Of a DNA stretch of 41,232 nucleotides, positions 1 to 7,943 are shown in pieces. The stretch spans positions 1 to 41,232 of the forward strand of contig VGKK01000001.1 in assembly GCA_016867095.1 (NCBI GenBank). Direction: 5' to 3'. The DNA is from Candidatus Omnitrophota bacterium (GTDB taxonomy: Bacteria; Omnitrophota; Gorgyraeia; Gygaellales; Profunditerraquicolaceae). The position numbers were made by a program, and so were the translations under genes. Position 1 is the stretch's first letter, and each line of letters opens with the position of its first letter. Under the pieces are notes generated by a model. That model had not been told where the DNA came from. It worked only from the letters and a program-made list of their open reading frames with translations, and did not search any database.

Positions 1-274
1 TGTGACGTATGCTAATAAGTACTATGTTCTCAAAGATATTTGGATTCTTAAGAATAATATCAGCGGCAATAAATCCTCCCATTGACCAACCAAGTATGCT
101 TATACCCGCTTTGCGTAGTTCACTGGGTATATGATTAATAACCTTTTTCGCCTCACTTGGCGATACTCTTTCCAGTAGAAGATAATTAAAGGGGACATCG
201 AGCCTTGCGAATATTCTCCAGTCTGTCGCCCATCCTGGAATTAACAATATATTTTTCTTAAATCCTCTGTCCAC
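1..274 (-). CDS. alpha/beta-fold hydrolase, BioH-like candidate; partial (continues past window start)
   Basis: Absent from the ORF track because it is open at the window edge. My translation of the minus strand from GTG at 274 reads VDRGFKKNILLIPGWATDWRIFARLDVPFNYLLLERVSPSEAKKVINHIPSELRKAGISILGWSMGGFIAADIILKNPNIFENIVLISIRH. GWSMGG is a Gly-x-Ser-x-Gly nucleophile elbow. The ORF begins 4 nt after the bioF stop on the same strand. Start codon uncertain. Confidence 0.55.
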   Translation of the reverse strand, partial: MDRGFKKNILLIPGWATDWRIFARLDVPFNYLLLERVSPSEAKKVINHIPSELRKAGISILGWSMGGFIAADIILKNPNIFENIVLISIRH

Positions 275-278
275 AAAC

Positions 279-1430
279 TTAAAATGAAGCATTTGCTATG
301 TCCTCAAGCAGTCTTGCAAGGATGGTCGTATCGTGGTCAAACGTCACGGAAAACCTCAAACGGCTTTCTCCTTCTGGAACAGTCGGCGGCCTTATGGGCA
401 TAACCCAATATCCCTTATCTTTTAGAAAATTAGCAAGCGTAACTGTTTTTCCGATATCGCCTGTTACCAAAGGGATTATCTGCGAACATCCACGAACATC
501 AAATCCTTTTGCCTTAAGATTCCCCCGTAAGAATTTTGCCGATTCTAAAAGCTTCCTTCTGCGGCATGGCTCCTCGCTGAGTAGTTTTATAGCAGCCAGA
601 TTAGCAGCTATTACCGCCGGAGGCAGAGCGGTTGAGTATATGAAGCTTCTGCATTTATTCATAAGGTAATCGGTATCCAGTTTTGAAGCCGCCAGATACG
701 CCCCAAAGCTTCCAAGTGCCTTGCCAAATGTCCCCATTATGTAGTCAACCTCTTTTGACAGACTCTCTTCCTCAACAACACCTGAACCGGATGCACCATA
801 TATGCCCGTAGCGTGAGCCTCATCAACTAAAAGACCGCAATTGTATCTTGTCTTTATTTCGACGAGTTTCTTTAAATCAGGCCTGTCGCCATCCATGCTA
901 AATATCGTCTCGGTAACAACGAGGGCATTTTTAAATTTTTGCCTCTCTTTCTTTAAATTTTCCTCTAAATGTTCGCTGTCACAATGTCTGAATCTGAATA
1001 GCCTTGCTCCTGATAAGAGAATTCCATCTATTATGCTCGCATGGCAGAGGCGGTCGCAGAAAATCGCATCGCCCTTAGCACAAAGAGAACTTATAATGCC
1101 AACATTTGCCTGATAGCCGGAATTAAAAATAAGAGCGCTCTCTTTTTTCTTTAAACGTGCTAGCGCATCTTCAAGTTCATGATGTATATTGAGATCACCG
1201 CTTAAAAGCCTTGAGGCGGATGAACCTGCGCCGTATTTAGTAAGGGCGGCTTTCGCCGCTTCGATAAGTTTTGAGTGATTAGAAAGGCCGAGGTAATCAT
1301 TTGAAGAGAAATCAATATATTCTCTATCGCCAATGCATATCTTGCCGCCCAAACGATAGGACGCCGGACGTAAAACGCGTAGTAGTCCTTCTTTATTCCT
1401 CCTGATAAGAAATTCCTCTATGCCTTCCAT
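279..1430 (-). CDS. bioF: 8-amino-7-oxononanoate synthase
   Basis: 383 aa. Motifs FSSNDYLGLS, LVDEAHATG and the PLP-lysine context GTFGKALGSFG are typical of KAPA synthase. Its start overlaps the bioB stop by 13 nt. Confidence 0.9.
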   Translation of the reverse strand: MEGIEEFLIRRNKEGLLRVLRPASYRLGGKICIGDREYIDFSSNDYLGLSNHSKLIEAAKAALTKYGAGSSASRLLSGDLNIHHELEDALARLKKKESALIFNSGYQANVGIISSLCAKGDAIFCDRLCHASIIDGILLSGARLFRFRHCDSEHLEENLKKERQKFKNALVVTETIFSMDGDRPDLKKLVEIKTRYNCGLLVDEAHATGIYGASGSGVVEEESLSKEVDYIMGTFGKALGSFGAYLAASKLDTDYLMNKCRSFIYSTALPPAVIAANLAAIKLLSEEPCRRRKLLESAKFLRGNLKAKGFDVRGCSQIIPLVTGDIGKTVTLANFLKDKGYWVMPIRPPTVPEGESRLRFSVTFDHDTTILARLLEDIANASF

Positions 1431-2335
1431 GCTTGCTCTATCTCTTTAATAAACAATCGGTCCTCATCCACAGAGCGGCCCTTTATAGTAAGATAACCGC
1501 CTATTAACATTCCGTTTGCGCCAGCCATAAAGGCCATTGCTTGAAAGTCTTTCAAGATTGATTCTCTGCCGGCAGCCACCTTTATTATTTTATCCTGCAG
1601 TATTATCCTAAAAAGCGCTATTGTTTTAATCGCATCTGTAGCCGCAAGATGGGATTTTACAGCTAAAGGCGTTCCTTTTATCGGAACAAAGATATTGATT
1701 GGCACTGACGTAACATCCAAATCTCTTAGCGTAAAAGCCATCTCTATTCTATCATCCCAGGATTCGCCAAGTCCGATAATTCCGCCGCTACAAACCTCAA
1801 GGCCAACTGTTTTTGCTGCTCTTATAGTAGAAAGCCGATCCCTAAAAGTGTGGGTAGTGGTTATTGCCGAAAAATATCTTGGTGAAGTCTCAATATTGTG
1901 ATGATAACGCCTAAGGCCGGCATTCTTAAGAAGAAGTAAATCTTTTTCGCTTAGTTTACCTAATGAGGCGCAAATTTTAATACGCACGCGGTCTCTTATT
2001 AGATATACGGCATCTGCTATCCTTTTTAATTCATCGGCTGATAGCGTATTTCCGCTTGTCACTATGTCAAATCTTTCTGCTCCTATTTCCTTTGCATTGA
2101 AAGCCGCCGCAAGCATCTCGTCAGCGCTCTTTAGAGGGTACATGGTTATGCCTGTATTGTAATGGCAAGATTGCGCACAAAATCTACAATCTTCTGCACA
2201 GAGACCCGATTTTGCGTTCATTATGTTACAGAGCTCTATTTTGCTCCCAGCGCATTCTCTGCGAGTTTTGTCAGCCAAAGCTATTAGTTCAGATAAAGGT
2301 TTATCTAAAAGCGCACGGGCGTTTTCCTTATTCAT
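1418..2335 (-). CDS. bioB: biotin synthase (radical SAM)
   Basis: 305 aa. Has the radical-SAM triad CAEDCRFCAQ (CxxxCxxC), plus HNIETS and GGIIGLGES blocks typical of BioB. Lies upstream of bioF in the same operon. Confidence 0.93.
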   Translation of the reverse strand: MNKENARALLDKPLSELIALADKTRRECAGSKIELCNIMNAKSGLCAEDCRFCAQSCHYNTGITMYPLKSADEMLAAAFNAKEIGAERFDIVTSGNTLSADELKRIADAVYLIRDRVRIKICASLGKLSEKDLLLLKNAGLRRYHHNIETSPRYFSAITTTHTFRDRLSTIRAAKTVGLEVCSGGIIGLGESWDDRIEMAFTLRDLDVTSVPINIFVPIKGTPLAVKSHLAATDAIKTIALFRIILQDKIIKVAAGRESILKDFQAMAFMAGANGMLIGGYLTIKGRSVDEDRLFIKEIEQAWKA

Positions 2336-2347
2336 CCGATCTCCATT

Positions 2348-2383
2348 TGTAAACTATATTATAATAAGAAGTTGACATTTACA
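2348..2383. promoter_or_regulatory. BirA-operator-like inverted repeat overlapping a TATAAT upstream of bioB
   Basis: TGTAAAC (2348-2354) and ATTTACA (2377-2383) form a 6/7 inverted repeat, resembling the TGTAAAC/GTTTACA half-sites of bio operators. On the minus strand a TATAAT (reverse complement of 2358-2363) lies between them. The 22-nt spacing is longer than in the E. coli site. Confidence 0.35.
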
Positions 2384-2477
2384 ATATAATAATACAGTAA
2401 TACAGCTAAAAATTAAATTTTTCACCTTTGGTATTAGAATGATTGGCGGTAGAACTTACTTAAGATGGGAAAACATC

Positions 2478-3479
2478 CTATATTCTTAGGGCAGAAAAGT
2501 CTTCCTCTCTGATTGCCGTGACCGTGATATGGCTTCTATGCTTTTCTGTTATCTTGTAGCACTCAATTTCGAGATAGCCATCAGCGGGGATATCGCTATA
2601 TCGCGCCAATATACGGCTGGCAAGGTTTATATGATCATCTCCAAAATAACCCTTCCCTATCCCTATGGGGCCAGCGACGTCGACAGGGCTAATATGCAGA
2701 TCACCTTCTTCAGCAAGAGCCAGCAATTTCTCGTTCTCTTTCTCGTCCCTTCCCACGATTAACTTATTGCTTGGACTGAGGCGAAAATGCCGCCCTACCT
2801 TCAGGAGCTTGATATCGTGCACTGTGAAATCCGGATTATGCTTCATCAAATCCCGCATCCTGTCAGCGAATCCTTTATCCGTTAATAAACATCCTCCTGC
2901 CGGACAGGGATAATCATGAATACCCAGCTCATTAGCCAGCTGTATTTGTGGTTTCCGAGAACGACCTTGTATGCTCAGTAATTTTTCGCGGTTTATTACA
3001 CCTTCCTTTTCCGGCATAGTAGGCTCCATCAATTTTGCGCATAATGGCCGCACGATAAAACCCTCAAGACCGCTTTCCTTCTCTATTATGCGCATAGCAT
3101 CCATTCGCTGCGACATTGGCCGTTCACCAAGAACTTCGCCGGTAATCAGAAAAGATGCTCTGATTTCTCTCATATATTGGCCGGCCTTTTTAAACATAAA
3201 TATACGGCAATCAAGACAAGGATTTATATTGCGGCCATACCCGTATTTTGGATTTTTGATTATCTGGAAATATTCTTGACTGACTTCAAAGACCTTGAGT
3301 TTTACCCCTAAGTTATCCGCGGCGGATTTGCTTGCCAGGCAAGTTTTTCCTCGCGCAGTACAGGTACAAAAAACAGTCAAAAAATTAACCGCCTCTATTT
3401 CTATTCCCTGCTCTAGAATTAGTTTTACAGCTAATATACTGTCTAAGCCGCCGGATAGTAACGCCACTGCTTTGATCAT
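2478..3479 (-). CDS. PP-loop ATP pyrophosphatase family protein (ThiI/MnmA/TtuA-like sulfurtransferase fold)
   Basis: 333 aa. N-terminal ALLSGGLDS PP-loop, with Cys clusters (NPCLDCRIF, YPCPAGGCLL). Exact substrate not assignable. Confidence 0.6.
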   Translation of the reverse strand: MIKAVALLSGGLDSILAVKLILEQGIEIEAVNFLTVFCTCTARGKTCLASKSAADNLGVKLKVFEVSQEYFQIIKNPKYGYGRNINPCLDCRIFMFKKAGQYMREIRASFLITGEVLGERPMSQRMDAMRIIEKESGLEGFIVRPLCAKLMEPTMPEKEGVINREKLLSIQGRSRKPQIQLANELGIHDYPCPAGGCLLTDKGFADRMRDLMKHNPDFTVHDIKLLKVGRHFRLSPSNKLIVGRDEKENEKLLALAEEGDLHISPVDVAGPIGIGKGYFGDDHINLASRILARYSDIPADGYLEIECYKITEKHRSHITVTAIREEDFSALRI

Positions 3480-3491
3480 TTCACGCCTAAT

Positions 3492-3540
3492 AAAAACGCC
3501 TCTCTTTTTTGCACACTACCCAAAAGAGAGGCGTGTTTTA
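3492..3540 (-). terminator. intrinsic terminator downstream of thi4 (bidirectional hairpin)
   Basis: The stem AACGCCTCTCTTTT (3495-3508) pairs with AAAAGAGAGGCGT (3522-3534). T-runs flank it on both strands. Confidence 0.6.
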
Positions 3541-3562
3541 CCTCAATAAGTTACTATAGTCT

Positions 3563-4381
3563 TTACACAACCATCTCTTCTTTTATGCGAGAAGATTCTT
3601 TCATTGATCCCACTGAAAGCATCTTTATCGCTTCCTGCGCTGCTTTTCTTCCTGAAAACAGCATCCCGCCAAAAGTCGGCCCCATACGCGGTATGCCATA
3701 GGCAGTTGAAACTGCCATGCCGGATACTATTAAACCCGGATGGATTACGCCCGTATTCTCCACCACCAAATCTTCAGAAGAGTTAACATCCATGGGGCCA
3801 AAGTCTGCTAATTTTAGGATGTGTCTTTTTTCCAGGCTTCTGCATACCCAGGCATCATGGCCGGTGGCATCAATCACTGCCTTAGACTCTAAGGAGATCG
3901 GATCAACACAGGTAATCTGCCGAGGTAGCGCTGATACAGGGGTCCAGTTAATCACAACCCCTTCTACCCTCTTGTTTCTATAAACCACATCGTCAAACTT
4001 AGTCATATTAAGAATTCTAACACCCGCATCGCAAGCAGCAGAAATTAGTTTTGAGCAGGCATTCGGTCCGTCAGCAACAAATAAACCTCTCTCTGCCTCC
4101 TTATAGGGTATCTTTAACTCATCCAAAATCTTTTCTGCCGGAGCTCTAAAAGTTAATGTGTTCATTAGATACCCGCCAATCCAGAAGCCTCCGCCGATGT
4201 AGTTGTTGCTTTCCACGATTAGAGTCTTGAAACCGTCTTGCGCCAAGTCCCTTGCTGCGATAAGCCCGCTAGGCCCGCCCCCAACTACAACTACGTCTGA
4301 GATAATATAATCATCGAACCAGCGCATAAATTCACCAACAATCGCTTTGCTGATTTTTGCTTCGCTAACTTTTTGAAACAT
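3563..4381 (-). CDS. thi4: thiazole synthase Thi4 family (sulfide-dependent ADP-thiazole synthase type)
   Basis: 272 aa. Has the FAD/NAD dinucleotide fold VVVVGGGPSGLIAARDLA, then IGGGFWIGGY. VIDATGHDAWV lacks the Cys of the yeast suicide enzyme. Strong SD (AAAGGAGGTGG) and a TPP riboswitch lie upstream. Confidence 0.9.
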   Translation of the reverse strand: MFQKVSEAKISKAIVGEFMRWFDDYIISDVVVVGGGPSGLIAARDLAQDGFKTLIVESNNYIGGGFWIGGYLMNTLTFRAPAEKILDELKIPYKEAERGLFVADGPNACSKLISAACDAGVRILNMTKFDDVVYRNKRVEGVVINWTPVSALPRQITCVDPISLESKAVIDATGHDAWVCRSLEKRHILKLADFGPMDVNSSEDLVVENTGVIHPGLIVSGMAVSTAYGIPRMGPTFGGMLFSGRKAAQEAIKMLSVGSMKESSRIKEEMVV

Positions 4382-4451
4382 GGCTAACCACCTCCTTTTA
4401 TCCTTAGACTACGCTCAGGATAAAACCCTGAGTTTATCGAAGGGTTTTAAA

Positions 4452-4481
4452 ATTAAAAACCCCTATGCCATCATAGGGGTT
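4452..4481 (-). terminator. riboswitch expression-platform terminator
   Basis: The minus strand reads AACCCCTATGA-TGG-CATAGGGGTTTTTAATTTT. This is an 8-bp GC-rich stem (4460-4467/4472-4479) followed by a U-run, lying between the aptamer and the thi4 SD. Confidence 0.65.
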
Positions 4482-4493
4482 AAATACCTTATT

Positions 4494-4676
4494 TTTTCCC
4501 TACGCTGGCATTACCCAGATCATTCTACTTCGCTCAAAGCCTTTCGGCTTTGAGCTTCGAAGAAATGATTTCTGCGAAGCCCCCACCTCCGTCTTATTCC
4601 GAAGGGCGTAGCAGAATCAGGTTCTTAGGGTCTCCCGCTTATGCGGAACTCTCAGGCCGTTCGCGACCTCCCCATT
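4494..4676 (-). promoter_or_regulatory. TPP (THI-box) riboswitch aptamer with a 94-nt internal insertion
   Basis: The minus-strand RNA reads GGGGAGGUCGCGAACGGCCUGAGAGUUCCGCAUAAGCGGGAGACCCUAAGAACCUGAU-[94 nt]-GAUCUGGGUAAUGCCAGCGUAGGGAA. The hallmark blocks CUGAGA, ACCC, ACCUGAU and CUGGGUAAUGCCAGCGUAGGGA are all present. It sits upstream of thi4. Confidence 0.8.
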
Positions 4677-4684
4677 AGTAATTT

Positions 4685-4713
4685 ATGTTAAATCAAAACT
4701 GGATATATGTCAA
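4685..4713 (-). promoter_or_regulatory. sigma70-like promoter for the riboswitch-thi4 transcript
   Basis: On the minus strand: TTGACA (reverse complement of 4708-4713), a 17-nt spacer, then TAACAT (reverse complement of 4685-4690). This places the start site a few nt before the aptamer 5' end. Confidence 0.4.
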
Positions 4714-5170
4714 TAACATTTTTATATTTCCATTGGCTGCCCGAACTGTGAACGCCAGACGAACATCACAACTCCATATAATACATATGGTTGTGAAGAT
4801 TTACACCCGCAGAAGCAAGCGGCAATTAATCCGTTTTGGCGATCCTTTACCCGAAAAGCCTGTCCGGGCTAAGCGTATTATCCAAAATACCATCTATGAA
4901 GGCCTAAAACTCCAAGCCTATATCAACCACGGCCCCGGCCGAATAACCTGGGCAAAAGCCCGTAAAGCGCTAAATATCTCAGAAGCCAAGTTAGCACACC
5001 TGCTAAAAATAGTCAAGACGCTACCCCCTGACTTCGTTAAAAACATGGAATCTTGCAATGATGAAAACATGCTAAAAATCTTCAACGGTAGACGACTTCT
5101 GAGGATATCCCGCCTTAAAACCGACAAAGAACGCCGAAACGAGATCGAACGCCTGTCGCTAAAGGATTGA
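4685..5170 (+). CDS. small hypothetical protein, possible HTH/ParB-like C-terminal half; start uncertain (alternative ATG at 4797)
   Basis: 161-aa ORF. The first ~37 codons overlap the divergent thi4 promoter, so ATG 4797 (MVVKIYTRRSK...) is more plausible. The C-terminal 50 aa are conserved at protein level in a remnant at 10209..10361, which supports this strand over the antisense ORF 4918..5232. Confidence 0.5.
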   Translation: MLNQNWIYVNNIFIFPLAARTVNARRTSQLHIIHMVVKIYTRRSKRQLIRFGDPLPEKPVRAKRIIQNTIYEGLKLQAYINHGPGRITWAKARKALNISEAKLAHLLKIVKTLPPDFVKNMESCNDENMLKIFNGRRLLRISRLKTDKERRNEIERLSLKD

Positions 5171-5252
5171 CTCTTAACCTCTTGATACCCGTTTTTGCTA
5201 TATTTAAAATTTCCAACGGCAGATATCCCCACGAGCTTTGTCTTTTAATAAA

Positions 5253-6467
5253 TTAACACAAATAAATAACGTCTTCCGGGTAGTATAACGAAAGAAATAA
5301 TAACATGTAGTCTCTTAAATGGCGCGTGATCAGGAAGTTATTTTTTATATGTTCCCGCCCATTCTCTCCTAATCTCTTGGCGTAACCCGGGCTGCCTAAA
5401 AGCTGTTTTATGGCAAAGCTTGCGCCTTCAATAGAATGGCAAAGCAGCCCCGAATATTTATGTTTTATTTGCAAAGGAATACCCCCGACATTAGAAGCTA
5501 CAACCGGCCTTGCCTTCCAGAGCGCCTCGGCTACAGTCAAGCCAAATCCTTCCTTGATAGACTTCTGAATGATTACATCCGAAGCCCATTGTAGCGCATT
5601 CACTTCGATATCATTGTGAGGCAGCAGAATTATATGGATATCTTTGTTTGCCTTAGCCTTTTCTTGAACATCCTCAAAAACTTTTACGCCTTCAGGATCG
5701 TCTTCTGCTGTTCCACCAGCCAAAATCAGTTGGCAATTAATGTATTTTCTTACCTGCAGAAACGCCTCAATTACGCCTAAGGGGTCCTTTAGACGGTCGA
5801 AGCGCGATATTTGGGTAACGATTGGCTTGTCTTTTTTGATGTCATACTTTCTTAATACCGCGTCTATCGTTTGCTGCGGCAACTCTTTATTTTTGTCGCT
5901 CAAAGGATCTATCGAAGGAGGGATTAAAAACTGCCCGATAGGCAGCTTGCGCGAAAAAGCAGGAGCAGAGAATACCGCTGCGTCATACTGAACAATAAAA
6001 TCCATAAGAAACCCCCAAACCCTGTCATTAGGGTTAGATACATCAACGTGGCAGCGCCAAAGCCACTTATTAGCGGCTTTCTTCTTTATTAAGGCTATCG
6101 GCTGGGGATCGTGAATAAACACAATGTCTCCATAGGTATTAACATTCTCAATGTTCTGCTGGCTGGTTTCCGTAAATATCTCAAAATCTCTTTTAGTGAT
6201 TTCTTCTGCTCTGCCGTGCAGCGCATTGTGAAACTTCTTTGTCACTTCAAAAAACTGCTCTCCGCCTTTTATTACGTCCCACTTGGTATCTACGCCTAAT
6301 TCCCTTAACATCGGGACCATGCGGTTTAAAATCTCTGCGACCCCGCCGCCTACAGGCGTAGAATTTATATGCTGAATAACTTTACCTTTCAATCTCTCGC
6401 CGAGTAATCTCAAGTCGTCGATACAAGACTGCCCTACAATCGGAATATAATCTTCAACTTTTGCCAT
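5253..6467 (-). CDS. treT: trehalose glycosyltransferring synthase TreT-like GT4 glycosyltransferase
   Basis: 404 aa. The N-terminus DYIPIVGQS...HINSTPVGGGVAEILNRMVPMLRELGVDTKWDVIKGGEQFFEVTKKFHNALHG matches my recollection of archaeal TreT (...NSTSFGGGVAEIL...FFNVTKTFHNALQG). It also has the C-terminal GT-B EGFGLTVAEALWK block. Confidence 0.8.
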   Translation of the reverse strand: MAKVEDYIPIVGQSCIDDLRLLGERLKGKVIQHINSTPVGGGVAEILNRMVPMLRELGVDTKWDVIKGGEQFFEVTKKFHNALHGRAEEITKRDFEIFTETSQQNIENVNTYGDIVFIHDPQPIALIKKKAANKWLWRCHVDVSNPNDRVWGFLMDFIVQYDAAVFSAPAFSRKLPIGQFLIPPSIDPLSDKNKELPQQTIDAVLRKYDIKKDKPIVTQISRFDRLKDPLGVIEAFLQVRKYINCQLILAGGTAEDDPEGVKVFEDVQEKAKANKDIHIILLPHNDIEVNALQWASDVIIQKSIKEGFGLTVAEALWKARPVVASNVGGIPLQIKHKYSGLLCHSIEGASFAIKQLLGSPGYAKRLGENGREHIKNNFLITRHLRDYMLLFLSLYYPEDVIYLC

Positions 6468-7139
6468 TTATACAGATATCCTTCTCTCAACTACCTGAAT
6501 GATTGTATTTCTTAGGTCCTCCAAAGTGCGCGTATAGGGATCGAAACAGCAAAGCTCATCCGCTAACCCTTTATCACCTAAAGATCTTTCTATCCAGAGC
6601 GCAAAGTCATTTGTCGGCTTTTCTAAGCGCAGGCGCGCCTCAAAAATGTGAAAATATATCGAATCTATGGTGACTTTCTTTAGAATTTCGGAAAATTCCT
6701 TTAAATCGTAAGCAATGTATCCTGTCGGCAAGATGAAACTGATTGATTTGATAAAATAAAATTCCTCATCCGAACGCGCAAATTTAACTTTAGCCAAAGG
6801 ATTATTGTTCAAATAATCTTCAATAGTTGAGGCAATTTTATCCCTCAGTTTGCGTATAGTTGAATATTGCACTGTATCAATGCTGGCCAACTTTTCTCCA
6901 AGCTCATCTTCGCCGAGGATATCCGTTACCCAGTACGCGAAATCATTTGGTGGCTCGGGAGAAAGATATTGATGTTGCTGCAAGAACCTGTGCGTATGAT
7001 GATAAATGCATGAACCAGATACTTCTTTAATAAGACTTGCCAGCTGAACCAGGGTGGTAGCTCTTAAACCGGTAAGCTCTGATAAATGCAACCTGGTACA
7101 AAACCTAAATGGCTCTTTAGCTCTTATTAATTCCGACAT
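6468..7139 (-). CDS. conserved hypothetical protein with internal ~100-aa duplication (DUF5752-like, tentative)
   Basis: 223 aa. The two halves share PPNDFAYWVTDILGEDELGEKLASID versus PTNDFALWIERSLGDKGLADELCCFD. The gene abuts treT and otsB without gaps. Confidence 0.6.
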   Translation of the reverse strand: MSELIRAKEPFRFCTRLHLSELTGLRATTLVQLASLIKEVSGSCIYHHTHRFLQQHQYLSPEPPNDFAYWVTDILGEDELGEKLASIDTVQYSTIRKLRDKIASTIEDYLNNNPLAKVKFARSDEEFYFIKSISFILPTGYIAYDLKEFSEILKKVTIDSIYFHIFEARLRLEKPTNDFALWIERSLGDKGLADELCCFDPYTRTLEDLRNTIIQVVERRISV

Positions 7140-7141
7140 AA

Positions 7142-7939
7142 TTAACTGTGGTTTATTTCCAATATTAAATGCAAAAACTTAGTTACTTCCTTTGTATCCT
7201 TTAAATAGTAGTCCGCGCTGGAACTGCGCGATTCCCCCACAAATATTGTCAGCCCTTTCCTTTTTAAAGCCTTAAAGGCATTTTCATCGGTTACATCATC
7301 TCCAATATAAACCGGAAAAACTTCCTTTCCCCCTATAGCAAATTGTTCTCTTGCCATAAGCCACAAAACAACTTTCCCCTTATCCCATTGCACAGGAGAC
7401 TTTACCTCATAAACTTTTTTTCCGGCATCAACATTTATTTCATTGCGTGAAATATAGGGATTGATTATTTCATTAAAAATGCTTAAAAAATCTTGGGTGT
7501 CTTTTTCGGCTACCAAGCGGTAATGAACGCTAATAGTCAATTCTTTATCTTCAACGATAGCGCCCTTGATGCCTGATAATCTTTTCGCAAGGTCCTCAGC
7601 AATATGCCGGATAACACCTTTTAGCTTCGGAGATACTTGGCTTTCAAACTTAATATTCGGACCCTCAATTTCTAAGCCATGGTTGCCAGCGTAAATAACA
7701 TCCTTTATCGCAACGGCTTTCTTTATATCTTCCAGTGATCTCCCACTGATGATGGCCACTTTACAGCAAGAGCTTTCGGATAGTTTCTGCAATAATTCTT
7801 TGGCTTCAGAAGGAATAATTGCTTTTTGGGGAGTTTCCGCAATTGGTGTCAACGTACCGTCGTAATCCAAGAGAAGTAAAACAAATTTATCACAGAGCAA
7901 TTTTTCTATCTCGTTAACTCGAGCAAATAAATAATACAT
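7142..7939 (-). CDS. otsB: trehalose-6-phosphate phosphatase (HAD family)
   Basis: 265 aa. Has HAD motif I LLLDYDGTLTP, then ISGRS and GDDVTDE. Confidence 0.85.
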   Translation of the reverse strand: MYYLFARVNEIEKLLCDKFVLLLLDYDGTLTPIAETPQKAIIPSEAKELLQKLSESSCCKVAIISGRSLEDIKKAVAIKDVIYAGNHGLEIEGPNIKFESQVSPKLKGVIRHIAEDLAKRLSGIKGAIVEDKELTISVHYRLVAEKDTQDFLSIFNEIINPYISRNEINVDAGKKVYEVKSPVQWDKGKVVLWLMAREQFAIGGKEVFPVYIGDDVTDENAFKALKRKGLTIFVGESRSSSADYYLKDTKEVTKFLHLILEINHS

Positions 7940-7943
7940 AGCT

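Noticed and set aside
4918-5232. 104-aa minus-strand ORF overlapping ORF 4685..5170
   Set aside because: The remnant at 10209..10361 conserves the plus-strand amino-acid sequence despite many nucleotide changes. This supports the plus-strand frame as the real gene.
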